Below are positions 53,968 to 63,680 of a stretch of DNA of 64,000 nucleotides, one piece after another. Where the stretch lies: positions 12,233 through 76,232 of the forward strand of contig CAYPXA010000007.1 of the NCBI GenBank assembly GCA_964414985.1. Direction: 5' to 3'. Both the position numbers and the translations under genes were made by a program. Positions within the stretch are counted from its first letter, which is position 1, and each line of letters opens with the position of its first letter. A model generated the notes under the pieces. That model was not told where the DNA came from, did no database searches, and saw only the letters and a list, made by a program, of their open reading frames with translations. The stretch comes from an uncultured Methanosarcinales archaeon. GTDB lineage: Archaea; Nanobdellota; Nanobdellia; Woesearchaeales; JAGWAF01.

Positions 53968-54309
53968 ATGGACAAGCCAAAAGTATACCTGTTTACGTCT
54001 GCTGGATGCCCGCACTGCCCTCCTGCAAAGAGGTTCATAGCTGAATTTATGCAGGAGAGGAATGATTTTGAACTAATCCATTTGGTTTCAGGGACTTATG
54101 CAGCTTCACAAAAGGCAAAAGAGTTTGATGTCATTTCAGTCCCAACATTTATCATACAGGGCCCTGCAATAGACTACAATATAGGCGCAAAAGGCACTCC
54201 ATCCAAGGAAGCGATGAACAAGTATCTGGACATGGCTTTGGGCACATACAAGGAAAAGGAGAAAAAGCCAAGAGAGTTCGGGATTGGCAGGTTCAAAATT
54301 AAGTTCTAA
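53968..54309 (+). CDS. thioredoxin/glutaredoxin-fold protein
   Basis: Active site CPHC (FTSAGCPHCPPAK); 113 aa. Confidence 0.65.
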   Translation: MDKPKVYLFTSAGCPHCPPAKRFIAEFMQERNDFELIHLVSGTYAASQKAKEFDVISVPTFIIQGPAIDYNIGAKGTPSKEAMNKYLDMALGTYKEKEKKPREFGIGRFKIKF

Positions 54310-54313
54310 GTGA

Positions 54314-54406
54314 TATTGCCGCGCTCCGTTACTATTATTGAACCGCTTCTGGTCAGGAGCCACCCTTTGAATAATCTCAAAAAACGAGTACTGCGCTTGG
54401 CGGCAA
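54314..54406 (-). repeat. 95-bp inverted-repeat element copy E (subtype 1, termini slightly eroded)
   Basis: atattgccgcgctccgttactattattgaaccgcttctggtcaggagccaccctttgaataatctcaaaaaacgagtactgcgcttggcggcaa. Confidence 0.7.
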
Positions 54407-54446
54407 CAAACCAAATCTTTTAATACCCAGAAACAGAATCAGGCAT

Positions 54447-55397
54447 ATGATATCATTAGGAAGCCTGAAGCTGAAAAACAGATTCCTTCTCGCGCCGATG
54501 TCAATGTATTCAGACATAGGGTTCAGGAAGCTGTGCGAAGACTACGGCTGCGCATACACCTTTACAGAGCAGATTTATGCTTCGGATTTTATAAAAAAGA
54601 CTGAAGAGACTGCAAGAAAGCTTGACCTTTTCGAGCCCTGTGGAATCCAGTTCCTGTCAAACTCTGCAGAAGAGCTGAAAAAAGCAGTTCTGATGATAAA
54701 CAACAGGGAGCACTACAAAAACCTTGACAAGATAAAGTCAATTGACTTGAACCTTGGATGCCCTGCAAAGGAAGTAATTGAAAAAAATCTGGGCGCAGCG
54801 CTCCTAAAGAACGCAAATCTGGTTGAAAGCCTGCTTACAACAATGAAAAAGCATTCTGACCTGCCTGTTTCTGCAAAGATAAGGCTTGGGATAAACGCAA
54901 AGCACAAGAAAAGCAAGCCTTACTTGAGGATTGCAAAGGCTGCTGAAAATGCAGGCATTGATTTCATTACAATCCACGGAAGGACTGCATCGCAGATGTA
55001 TGAAGGCAGCATAGATTTGGATGCAATAAGGGAAGCCAAAGAGTCGGTAAGCATTCCTGTTGTCGGAAACGGGAACATAACAGATTCAGAAAGCGCAGAA
55101 AAAATGCTTGAGTTCTGCAGTGCTGTGATGGTTGGAAGGCAGGCATTGAAAGAGCCGTTCATATTTGGGGAGATGCAGGGCAAAAGCTACATCAAAGAAG
55201 ATGAAAAAATAAAATGCATTAAAAAATACCTTGAATACGCAGACAAGTTCAGCATAGGCTTCCAGCACATCAAGATACACTGCCAGGCGCTCCTGAAAGG
55301 CACAGATTATGAAGATTATGTCAGCAGGCTTACGCATACGAGGAGCAAAGATGAAGTTTTGAGGATGATACTCCCCTTAATTGGAGCTAAGCCATAA
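54447..55397 (+). CDS. dus: tRNA-dihydrouridine synthase (Dus family FMN oxidoreductase)
   Basis: FLLAPMSMYSD..., a catalytic Cys (IDLNLGCPAKE), ...KIRLG; TIM-barrel Dus pattern. Confidence 0.7.
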   Translation: MISLGSLKLKNRFLLAPMSMYSDIGFRKLCEDYGCAYTFTEQIYASDFIKKTEETARKLDLFEPCGIQFLSNSAEELKKAVLMINNREHYKNLDKIKSIDLNLGCPAKEVIEKNLGAALLKNANLVESLLTTMKKHSDLPVSAKIRLGINAKHKKSKPYLRIAKAAENAGIDFITIHGRTASQMYEGSIDLDAIREAKESVSIPVVGNGNITDSESAEKMLEFCSAVMVGRQALKEPFIFGEMQGKSYIKEDEKIKCIKKYLEYADKFSIGFQHIKIHCQALLKGTDYEDYVSRLTHTRSKDEVLRMILPLIGAKP

Positions 55398-55476
55398 TTA
55401 TACTACTTCGAAGTGGTTAAAAACAAAACATTTATATACCTGTAATACCATTTAAACATCTGTTCTAAGGTGCTGT

Positions 55477-56265
55477 ATGGATGAACACACGAATGGCAAA
55501 AGGACTGCTGTAGGCATGATAAGGATGGGGCTAGACCCATCTTTAGATTCTGAAGGGATTATAAACGTTGTTGGAGGAAAGTATGCAGGAGCCTACCCTA
55601 TTATAACAACCAAAAGCAGGAAGTTTATAGGGGGAATTTCAATAGGCGCAACTCCCAGGCCTGCAATTCTTGTGGATGACAGCCATCTTCTTGCAGATTT
55701 TTACAAGGAAGCTTTAAGCTCGTTCAGGTGCCTTGCAGCAAACTCCTTTAAGAAAGATGAGGCTTATAAAATATGCAAAAAAAGCCCGATTGAAACCCTC
55801 AAAGAGGCCATTGATTTTAGGCAGGCAGTGGATTTATACGACTGCACCAAAAAAGCAGTCAACCTGGCAGCATTTTTCGAGCATATTTCAAACAAGGCCC
55901 GGTGCAAAATGGGCGGCAGCTCATATGACAGCTTTGAGTACAAGAAAGATGCAGAGGCCTGGAACCAGTCAGAGAAATACGCTCTTGAAAATGGAATTGC
56001 AAACGGAAAAGATGTGGTGCTTCCGCTCTCATTTTTTATTGAACAGGGCAAAGGGGTATGCATCCACCGGAGCCTGCTTATGGCATCAGCCCTTGAAAAG
56101 ATGGTGCAGGACAATATTATCGGCGGGCAGATAAAAGTCGCAAGATTTGAAATAGGGAACACGGCGCATGCATTTGTCCAATACTGCAGCGGAAACGAAG
56201 TATACAATCTTGATGCGACGTGGAGCGAAAGCTGCTCAAAAGAAGCCCTGAAAGGCCAGTTTTGA
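55477..56265 (+). CDS. hypothetical protein with transglutaminase-like Cys-His-Asp core
   Basis: GKGVCIHRSLLMASALE...NTAHAFVQY...NLDATW, in the order Cys, then His-aromatic, then Asp, typical of the transglutaminase/papain-like fold. Confidence 0.35.
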   Translation: MDEHTNGKRTAVGMIRMGLDPSLDSEGIINVVGGKYAGAYPIITTKSRKFIGGISIGATPRPAILVDDSHLLADFYKEALSSFRCLAANSFKKDEAYKICKKSPIETLKEAIDFRQAVDLYDCTKKAVNLAAFFEHISNKARCKMGGSSYDSFEYKKDAEAWNQSEKYALENGIANGKDVVLPLSFFIEQGKGVCIHRSLLMASALEKMVQDNIIGGQIKVARFEIGNTAHAFVQYCSGNEVYNLDATWSESCSKEALKGQF

Positions 56266-56316
56266 AATTCCAAGTTCTTGAAAACCTTTAAATAACAGCC
56301 TTCTTTAAGCCGGAAC

Positions 56317-56982
56317 ATGGCAAAGAAAAAGGAAACAGTCATGGTCATATGCGGCCACAACGACGACCAGATTATAGGAGTTGGCGGCACAATCGCAAAA
56401 TATGCCCAGGAAGGAATCAAGGTCTACACAGTAATTGCATCCTACGGAGAGCTAAGCCACCCCCACCTAAAGCCTGAAATAATCACTAAAAAAAGGGTCA
56501 AGGAATCAAGGGAGTCTGACAAGGTGCTTGGAGGCGCAGGAGTGTTCTACCTCGGCATGAGGGAAAAAGAATTTTTGGACAAGGCAAAGGATGAAGATGA
56601 AAGGGAAAAAATAAAGCACGTGCTGAAAGAGCTTATTGAAAAATACAAGCCGTCAAAGATATTCACCCATTCAGGAGACGACCCACATATAATCCATAGA
56701 AAGCTCCACGGCATAGTCATGGAGATTGTGGATGAAACAATAGAAAAGGAAGAAGTCTATTCATTTGACGTATGGAACCCCATCAAGGTAAAGGAGAGGG
56801 TTGCGCCAAAAATGGTTGTGGACATCTCAAAAACATTCAGCAAAAAGATTGAGGCGCTGAAGCTGCACGAAAGCCAGAAGATGACTATGATGAGCCTGCT
56901 TTGGCATATCTACCTTAAGGCAATCATGAACGGATGGTCAAACAGCTGCAGATATGCAGAGGTTTTTTACAGGCTGAACTAA
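56317..56982 (+). CDS. PIG-L/LmbE-family N-acetylglucosaminyl deacetylase
   Basis: VMVICGHNDDQIIGVGGTIAKYAQEGIKVYTV matches the LmbE AHPDDE...GG...G..V motif block. Confidence 0.6.
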   Translation: MAKKKETVMVICGHNDDQIIGVGGTIAKYAQEGIKVYTVIASYGELSHPHLKPEIITKKRVKESRESDKVLGGAGVFYLGMREKEFLDKAKDEDEREKIKHVLKELIEKYKPSKIFTHSGDDPHIIHRKLHGIVMEIVDETIEKEEVYSFDVWNPIKVKERVAPKMVVDISKTFSKKIEALKLHESQKMTMMSLLWHIYLKAIMNGWSNSCRYAEVFYRLN

Positions 56983-56983
56983 A

Positions 56984-58129
56984 ATGAGGAAAAAGCTGCT
57001 TATCTCAACAGACAGCTTCCTTCCCAGGTGGGATGGAGTTGCAAGATTCCTTTCTGAGATAATACCCCTTCTAAAAGAAAAGTATGACATAACAGTTGCA
57101 GCCCCTAAATTTGAGGGAAAAATACACAGGATTCCTGGCGCAAAAATAGTGAGGATACCTCTTTCAGGCGCAAAATACGGGGATTACCCTCCTGCAAAAT
57201 TCCAGTACCAGAAAATAAACCGCCTCGTCATGGAAAGCGACATAATCTTCAACCAGACATTAGGGCCTATCGGGTTTTTGGCGGCACTTTCAGCAAAAAG
57301 GCACAAAAAGCCGGTTGTTTCATACATCCATTCGATAGAGTGGGAGCTTTTCCCAAAGGCGGTAAAAAATTTCAGGCCGGTTGTAAAGGCTGCAGCTGCA
57401 ATTATGGCAAGGCATGCATACAACAGCTGCACAACAATTATTGTGCCTGCAGATGAGACTGAAGAAAAGATGAGGGCAAACAGGATAAGGACCAAGGCAG
57501 CTGCTGCACGGCTTGGGACAAACACAAAAAAGTTCAAGCCTGCGCCAAGCAAAGAAAAGGCAAAGACTGCAGCAGGCATAAGCCCAAAAACAAAAGTCAT
57601 AGGCTACTGCGGAAGGATTGCAAGGGAAAAAGGGATTCCAACGCTCCTCAAGGCATTCATAAAGGTAAACAAAGAAGACCCTGAAACAATGCTGCTTATA
57701 GTCGGAAGCGGAGTAAAGGATGTTGAAGATATGCTCCGTAAAAGCAAAAATGTGATTGTTACAGGCTCAACAGACAATGTGGTGCCCTACCTGCAGGCAA
57801 TGGATGTTTATGTGCTGCCCTCCCTGACAGAAACAACATCAATCTCAACGCTTGAGGCAATGTCCTGCGGCAATCCAGTCATTGTTACTCCTGTAGGATA
57901 TGCCCAAAAATACGTGAAGGAAGGCAGGAACGGAATGTTTTTCCCGAAAGGGAATGCTGATGCGCTTGCAAAAAAGATAAAGATTCTGCTGGGAAATGAA
58001 AAAATGAGAAAAGAGATGGGCGCAGAGGCAAGAAAGACTGTTGAAAAAGATTTTAGATGGGCAGATACTGCAAAAGCAATAATCCGAGTTCTTGACGCTG
58101 ATTTGAAGAATGCAAAGAAACAGAAGTAG
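56984..58129 (+). CDS. GT4-family glycosyltransferase (glycosyl transferase group 1)
   Basis: C-terminal GT1 domain (LPSLTETTSISTLEAMSCGNPVIVTPVGY...EGRNG). Start is 2 nt after the PIG-L stop. Confidence 0.7.
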   Translation: MRKKLLISTDSFLPRWDGVARFLSEIIPLLKEKYDITVAAPKFEGKIHRIPGAKIVRIPLSGAKYGDYPPAKFQYQKINRLVMESDIIFNQTLGPIGFLAALSAKRHKKPVVSYIHSIEWELFPKAVKNFRPVVKAAAAIMARHAYNSCTTIIVPADETEEKMRANRIRTKAAAARLGTNTKKFKPAPSKEKAKTAAGISPKTKVIGYCGRIAREKGIPTLLKAFIKVNKEDPETMLLIVGSGVKDVEDMLRKSKNVIVTGSTDNVVPYLQAMDVYVLPSLTETTSISTLEAMSCGNPVIVTPVGYAQKYVKEGRNGMFFPKGNADALAKKIKILLGNEKMRKEMGAEARKTVEKDFRWADTAKAIIRVLDADLKNAKKQK

Positions 58130-58158
58130 GATTTGGCGCCAGAACTCAATTCTTTTAA

Positions 58159-58253
58159 CATTGCCGCGCTTCGTGAAGATTATTGAACCGCTTCTTTGCA
58201 GGAGCCACCTTTTGAAGAATGCCAAACAAGAAGTACTCCGCTTGGAGGCAATG
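58159..58253 (-). repeat. 95-bp inverted-repeat element copy F (subtype 1)
   Basis: cattgccgcgcttcgtgaagattattgaaccgcttctttgcaggagccaccttttgaagaatgccaaacaagaagtactccgcttggaggcaatg. Confidence 0.8.
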
Positions 58254-58256
58254 CAG

Positions 58257-58351
58257 CATTGCCGCGCTTCGTGAGAATTATTGGACCGATTCCTCAAAGG
58301 AGTCACGTGTTAATCAAACTCAAACAAGAAGTACTGCGCTCGGCGGCAATG
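58257..58351 (-). repeat. 95-bp inverted-repeat element copy G (subtype 2), tandem with F
   Basis: cattgccgcgcttcgtgagaattattggaccgattcctcaaaggagtcacgtgttaatcaaactcaaacaagaagtactgcgctcggcggcaatg. Confidence 0.8.
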
Positions 58352-58382
58352 CTGGAATCCATAACTTAGAAATTTCAGAGCT

Positions 58383-58973
58383 TTATTTGTAGTACTTCTT
58401 TTCCTTGTCGAGCTTCAGCACGCTTAACATCCTTGACTTTATGTCCTCCCTGCCTTCAACTTCAAGCGCCCTGTCAATCTGCTCCCTTACTGTGCCTGCC
58501 GAAACTATATAGTCCTGCACGCTCTTTTCCTTCTTTGATGCTGAAACATGCATTTCTGCTGCCTTGAACTTGTGCTCTATCCCCTCATCAGCCATTCCGA
58601 GATTTTTTCTCATAATGTTTCTGTCTGCAAACTCGCGCTCTGCCTGCGCCTGGCTTTTTTCATCCTCTGCCATAAGCTTCTTCATCTTTCTTTCTTCTGC
58701 AGCAAGAAATTCCTGTATGCCTATGCCTTTTGCAGGATTGGCTGAAGGCAAAGTGTCTTTTTCTGCAGAATCCCCTGGCTTATAGTCAGCTTTTGCAGAA
58801 AGCGCTGCAATCTCGTTTTTTGTCTTTTCGGAAAGCGATGAAAAGTCAGAAAGGTCTTTTTCAAGGTCTATTTTTATTTCATCTTTTGGAAGGCTTGCGT
58901 AGTCAAACTTGGACATAAGCCCTATCAGCTCGTCTTTTGTCCCTTCCTTGAGCTCTTTGAATTTTTTTTGCAT
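58383..58973 (-). CDS. hypothetical charged protein (196 aa)
   Basis: K/E-rich ORF with no motif. Confidence 0.35.
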   Translation of the reverse strand: MQKKFKELKEGTKDELIGLMSKFDYASLPKDEIKIDLEKDLSDFSSLSEKTKNEIAALSAKADYKPGDSAEKDTLPSANPAKGIGIQEFLAAEERKMKKLMAEDEKSQAQAEREFADRNIMRKNLGMADEGIEHKFKAAEMHVSASKKEKSVQDYIVSAGTVREQIDRALEVEGREDIKSRMLSVLKLDKEKKYYK

Positions 58974-59057
58974 GCCAGTTGTCCAATAGGCTCAGAAGTT
59001 TATAAAATTATGCTGAAAACAGGCTTTGCAGGATTCAGAACCTCGTATTAAAGCTGT

Positions 59058-59369
59058 TTACTGCTTGAACCTGTGCTGGATTTCCCTTTCAATGTTGTTG
59101 AATGACTTGTGGAGCGTCCTTGCAAGGTCCCAGTCAGAGTCGCTGTTCGACTCAAAAACCTGCGTTGGCGCCAGCGCCCTAACGTGTATTGAGTACTTTT
59201 TCCTCTGGCCGTCCTTTCCGTGTGTCTTGACATGAATAGCAAGGGATGTTATGTTGTTTAATGCCCTCTTTATCTTGTCATAGTACTCTGCGGACAGCTT
59301 TTTCACAGTCTCCTGCTCTTCTTCAAGCAGCTCATTCACTCCTATAAATTGGATTACTTCGGTTTTCAT
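59058..59369 (-). CDS. ribosome hibernation factor-like protein (HPF/RaiA/YfiA family), tentative
   Basis: 103 aa; the layout MKTEVIQFIGVN...LAIHVKTHGKDG..KYSIHVRA...WDLARTLHKSFNNIEREIQHRFKQ parallels bacterial HPF (…VVLKVEKVTH…LHVNGGEIHASA…YAAIDGLIDKLARQLTKHKDKL). Confidence 0.4.
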   Translation of the reverse strand: MKTEVIQFIGVNELLEEEQETVKKLSAEYYDKIKRALNNITSLAIHVKTHGKDGQRKKYSIHVRALAPTQVFESNSDSDWDLARTLHKSFNNIEREIQHRFKQ

Positions 59370-59446
59370 GGCATTTATCCTGCTTGTCTGCGTTTATATA
59401 TTTTTCCATCAAAAGCATTAAATACCTAAATCCCCCCTCTTGGCTT

Positions 59447-60103
59447 ATGGCATTAATTGCAGGCATTGAGGAGGCTGGAAGGGGTCCTGTCATAGGCCCG
59501 ATGGTCATGTGCGGAGTGCTTATCGATGAGGAAGACCAGGAAAAGCTTAGGTCTATAGGCGCAAAGGACTCAAAGCTCCTTACTCCAAAGACAAGGGAGA
59601 TGCTTTTTGGCCAGATAACAGCAATGGTCAAAAAATATGAGCTGGTTGTTGTCAGCCAGAAGGAAATTGACAATGCGCTTCTTGACCCTGCACTAAACCT
59701 CAACAAGCTTGAGGCAATTACCTCTGCAAAAATCATTAACAAGCTGAATCCTGACAAAGTCCTTGTTGACTGCCCAAGCAACAACACTAAGGCGTATGCA
59801 TCCTATTTAAGGGAGCATCTTGCAAACAAGAGCATGGAGATTATTGCAGAGCACAAGGCTGATGTCAAATACCCTGTTGTTTCTGCAGCTTCAATCCTTG
59901 CAAAGGTCACAAGGGACAGGGAGATAGAAAAGATAAAGGAAAGGATAGGCATTGACTTCGGCTCAGGCTATCCTTCAGATGAGAAAACCCAGCTTTTCCT
60001 AAGGAAGAACTGGGACAGGTTTCCAGAGATTTTCAGGCAGACATGGGCGTCCTACAAGACAGTTGCCTCAAAAAAGCAGCAGAAAAGCCTCGGCGAGTTC
60101 TAA
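59447..60103 (+). CDS. rnhB: ribonuclease HII
   Basis: MALIAGIEEAGRGPVIGPMV contains the catalytic DEAGRGP motif. Start trimmed to the Met at 59447. Confidence 0.8.
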   Translation: MALIAGIEEAGRGPVIGPMVMCGVLIDEEDQEKLRSIGAKDSKLLTPKTREMLFGQITAMVKKYELVVVSQKEIDNALLDPALNLNKLEAITSAKIINKLNPDKVLVDCPSNNTKAYASYLREHLANKSMEIIAEHKADVKYPVVSAASILAKVTRDREIEKIKERIGIDFGSGYPSDEKTQLFLRKNWDRFPEIFRQTWASYKTVASKKQQKSLGEF

Positions 60104-60152
60104 ACATTATTGCAAAATATTTATATATGGATTGGCTATATTCTAAAGCAAA

Positions 60153-63100
60153 GTGACGAAGATAACCAAAATAGTAATGAACGGATTCAAGTCTTTCGGG
60201 AAAAAGACTGAAATTCTTTTTGGAGACCAGTTCAATGTAATCCTTGGCCCGAACGGCTCCGGAAAGTCAAACGTGCTTGATGCGCTCTGCTTTGTTCTTG
60301 GAAAAGGCTCTGCAAAAGGCCTTAGGGTTGAAAAAAGCTCAAACCTTATTTACAACGGCGGAAAGACCAAAAAGCCTGCAAAAGAGGGCGAAGTCAGCAT
60401 ATTCTTTGACAACACAAAAAAGATTTTTCCGACAGAGGAGGAGTCAGTCAAGATTTCCAGGATAATAAAGCCGAACGGCCAGAGCAAGTACAGGATAAAC
60501 AACAAGACAAGGACAAAGCAGCAGATACTTGACCTTTTGAGCCTTGCAAGGATAGAGCCTGACGGCTACAACATAATACTTCAGGGAGACATAATCCGGT
60601 TTGTTGAGATGCATCCTGTTGAGAAGAGGCAGATGGTTGAGGAGATTGCAGGAATCTCTGTTTACGAGGACAAGAAGCAGAAGGCGCTTGGCGAATTAGG
60701 CAAGGTTGACGAGAAGCTGGGAGAGGCTGAAATAGTCCTCAAGGAAAGGCAGACCTACCTCAAGGAGCTGAAAAAGGACAGGGACCAGGCTCTCAAGTAC
60801 AAGACGCTTAATGATCAGATAAAGCAGAACAAGGCATCATACCTCAAGAGGCAGCTTGACAGGAAGGAAGATGCATCCTCAAAGTTTCAGGAGAAGATTG
60901 ACAGGAAAAAGTCAAAGCTTGACCATTACAGGGAGCAGAGCTCAAAGCTGAAGGAGGCAATTGCGAAGAGGAAGGAGGAAATAAAGAGAATCTCCAAGGA
61001 GGCTGAAGAGAAGGGGGAAGTTGAGCAGGTTGCACTCCAGAAGGAGATTGAGAAGCTTAGGATAGATCTTGCAACTTCCAAGACAAGGATATCCAGCTGC
61101 AGCAATGAGATTGCAAGGATAGGCCAGAGGAGAAGCCAGCTTTCGCAGAACCTTTCAGAAATTGAGGAGAAGATAAGCTCGCTTACAGCGCAGAAGTCAG
61201 ACCTTGAGGGAAGAAGGTCTGCCATAGACGAGCAGAGGGAGAAGCTCGAAAGGACAATTTCAGAATTCAAGAAGAAGAACAAGATGGGGGATGACACAGA
61301 CCTGAGCAAGGAGCTTGACGAGCTTGACAGGAAGGCTGATGAAAAGCAGTCTGAAGTCCAGAAGCTCAGGGAGGCCCAGCAGGAGCTGCTTAGGGAGCAG
61401 GACAGGCTTGGAGTCCAGATACAGATGATGGACGAGAGGATTGCAAAGGTCCTTGAGGTCGAAAAGGCGCACAAGGCAGAGCTTGACAGCCTGAAGCAGA
61501 AGAAATCAGAGTTCAAGAAGGCGACAGTCGAGCTCAACGAGCTTCTCAATAGGGACAGCGAGCTTGCTGCAGGCATTGCAGAGGAGAGGCAGAGGCTCAT
61601 AAAGCTGACAGAAGACATTGCAAGGCTTGAGGCAAAGAACATAAGCGCCAAGGAGAAGGCTGCAGAAAGCATTGCAGTAAAAAAGATTCTTGAGAACAGG
61701 TCTAAATTTGGAGGGCCTGTCTACGGCACTGTCAGCGAGCTTGGAGAAGTTAATGCAAAATACTCTGATGCGCTTGGCGTTGCTGCAGGCAGGAAGATAA
61801 ACAGCATTGTTGTCGAGAATGACTCTGTTGCTGCAAAATGCATAAAATTCCTGAAAGACTCAAAGCTGGGAGTCGCATCATTCCTGCCATTGAACAAGAT
61901 AAAGCCTGAAGATGAAAAAAAATCCTTAGTCAAGCCAGGCCCTGGAATACACGGCACTGCCATAAGCCTTATTGAGTTTGACCCTAAATTCAAGAGCGTG
62001 TTCAGGTATGTTTTTGGAGACACTCTTGTTGTGGACAGCATTGAGGTTGCAAGGAAAGTGGGGATAGGCACTGCAAAAATGGTGACTCTTGACGGAGACC
62101 TTGCAGAGCAGAGCGGAGCAATGATTGGCGGATACAGGCAGAAGAAGGCTGTTTCAGTGTTCAGGGAGAAGGAGCTTTCAGGAGACATTGAAAAGGTCAA
62201 TGCAAAGATTTCAGATTCAAGGTCATCACTTTCATCGCTTGAGAAGCAAAAGCAGGAAAACGAGGACAAAATAACCTCTTTGAGAGAGTTCAAGGCAGGG
62301 CTTGAGGGAGACATAATCAAGGTTGAGAAAGGGCTTCATCTCGAGTCAGGCGACCTTGAGGCTTCAAAGGCAATAAAGGAGCAGTCCCAGAAGAGGATTG
62401 CAGAGGTCTCAAAGCAGATTGATGATGTAATGTCCAATATTTCTGAAATAAATCGGGAGCTTGCCTCGCTGAAAATTGCAAAGCAGAAGCTGAAAGACCA
62501 GTTCAATGACCTTAGGAAGCCTACGCTCATAGCAGAGCTGAACTCATTTGAGGAGAAGAAGAGGCAGCTTACCGAAGAGCTTCTAAAGATGGAATCAGAA
62601 TGCAAGAACATTGACATGCAGGTAAAGGAAATCCTTGGAAGGGACAGGGACAATACTGCAAGAATCCTGAAGGACCTTGACAGGGAGGAAGACGCATTTT
62701 CTCACGAGTCTAAGGACCTGGAGGATATAGTCTCGCAGAAGGAGTCAGTCCTTAAAGGAATGGATGCAAAGCAGAAGGAGTTCCAGACAAGGTTCAAGGG
62801 CCTTTTTGAGTCCATCAACCAGCTGAATGAGAAGAATTCAGAGTCTGAAGCTGAGCTTTACAAGGTTGATGATCTAAGCAGGAAGGAGGAGCTTGAGATG
62901 AACACGCTTTCACTCGAGCAGGCAAAGGTCAGGGCAGAGCTTGCAGGCATAAAGGAAGACTTTGCGCAGTACGAAGGAATTGAGCTTGACATGCAGAAGC
63001 CTGAAGAGCAGCTCAAGAAGGAGATTTCAGACTTTGAAAAGATGAAGGAGAACATCGGCTCTGTCAACATGAGGGCTCTTGAGATTTACGAGTCTGTCGA

Positions 63101-63644
63101 AAAGGAGTACAACAGCCTGCTTGAGAAGAAGGAAAGCCTGAAGAAGGAGAAGGATGACGTTGTTGGGCTTATTGCAGACATTGACGGCAGGAAAAAGGAC
63201 CTTTTCATGAATACTTATAATATTGTCTCAAAGAATTTCCAGGACATATTCTCATCGCTTTCCAAGAAGGGAGAGGCGCATCTCACTCTTGAAAACACTG
63301 AAAGCCCATTCGACGGAGGCCTTAATGTCAATGTCAAGCTTACAGGCAGCAAGTTCCTTGACATAAGGAGCCTTTCAGGAGGGGAAAAGACTCTTACAGC
63401 CCTCGCATTCATATTTGCAATACAGGAGCACGAGCCTGCATCATTCTACATACTTGACGAAGTTGACGCTGCGCTTGACAAGCACAACAGCGAGAAGCTT
63501 GCAAAGCTCATAAGGAAGTATTCAGACAGGGCGCAATACATCATAATCTCGCACAATGACTCAATAATATCTGAAGGCGACACGCTTTATGGAGTCAGCA
63601 TGGACGAGACAAGCACCAGCAATGTTGTCAGCCTCAAGATTTAG
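60153..63644 (+). CDS. smc: chromosome segregation protein SMC
   Basis: 1163 aa; Walker A (GPNGSGKSN), long coiled coils, a central hinge (GTVSELGEVNAKYSDALGVAAG), a C-terminal signature (LSGGEKTLTALAFIFAIQ) and Walker B (FYILDEVDAALD). Confidence 0.9.
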   Translation: MTKITKIVMNGFKSFGKKTEILFGDQFNVILGPNGSGKSNVLDALCFVLGKGSAKGLRVEKSSNLIYNGGKTKKPAKEGEVSIFFDNTKKIFPTEEESVKISRIIKPNGQSKYRINNKTRTKQQILDLLSLARIEPDGYNIILQGDIIRFVEMHPVEKRQMVEEIAGISVYEDKKQKALGELGKVDEKLGEAEIVLKERQTYLKELKKDRDQALKYKTLNDQIKQNKASYLKRQLDRKEDASSKFQEKIDRKKSKLDHYREQSSKLKEAIAKRKEEIKRISKEAEEKGEVEQVALQKEIEKLRIDLATSKTRISSCSNEIARIGQRRSQLSQNLSEIEEKISSLTAQKSDLEGRRSAIDEQREKLERTISEFKKKNKMGDDTDLSKELDELDRKADEKQSEVQKLREAQQELLREQDRLGVQIQMMDERIAKVLEVEKAHKAELDSLKQKKSEFKKATVELNELLNRDSELAAGIAEERQRLIKLTEDIARLEAKNISAKEKAAESIAVKKILENRSKFGGPVYGTVSELGEVNAKYSDALGVAAGRKINSIVVENDSVAAKCIKFLKDSKLGVASFLPLNKIKPEDEKKSLVKPGPGIHGTAISLIEFDPKFKSVFRYVFGDTLVVDSIEVARKVGIGTAKMVTLDGDLAEQSGAMIGGYRQKKAVSVFREKELSGDIEKVNAKISDSRSSLSSLEKQKQENEDKITSLREFKAGLEGDIIKVEKGLHLESGDLEASKAIKEQSQKRIAEVSKQIDDVMSNISEINRELASLKIAKQKLKDQFNDLRKPTLIAELNSFEEKKRQLTEELLKMESECKNIDMQVKEILGRDRDNTARILKDLDREEDAFSHESKDLEDIVSQKESVLKGMDAKQKEFQTRFKGLFESINQLNEKNSESEAELYKVDDLSRKEELEMNTLSLEQAKVRAELAGIKEDFAQYEGIELDMQKPEEQLKKEISDFEKMKENIGSVNMRALEIYESVEKEYNSLLEKKESLKKEKDDVVGLIADIDGRKKDLFMNTYNIVSKNFQDIFSSLSKKGEAHLTLENTESPFDGGLNVNVKLTGSKFLDIRSLSGGEKTLTALAFIFAIQEHEPASFYILDEVDAALDKHNSEKLAKLIRKYSDRAQYIIISHNDSIISEGDTLYGVSMDETSTSNVVSLKI

Positions 63645-63680
63645 TTCTGGTTTCTGCACGGAGCTCGATTCAAGTTCAGT

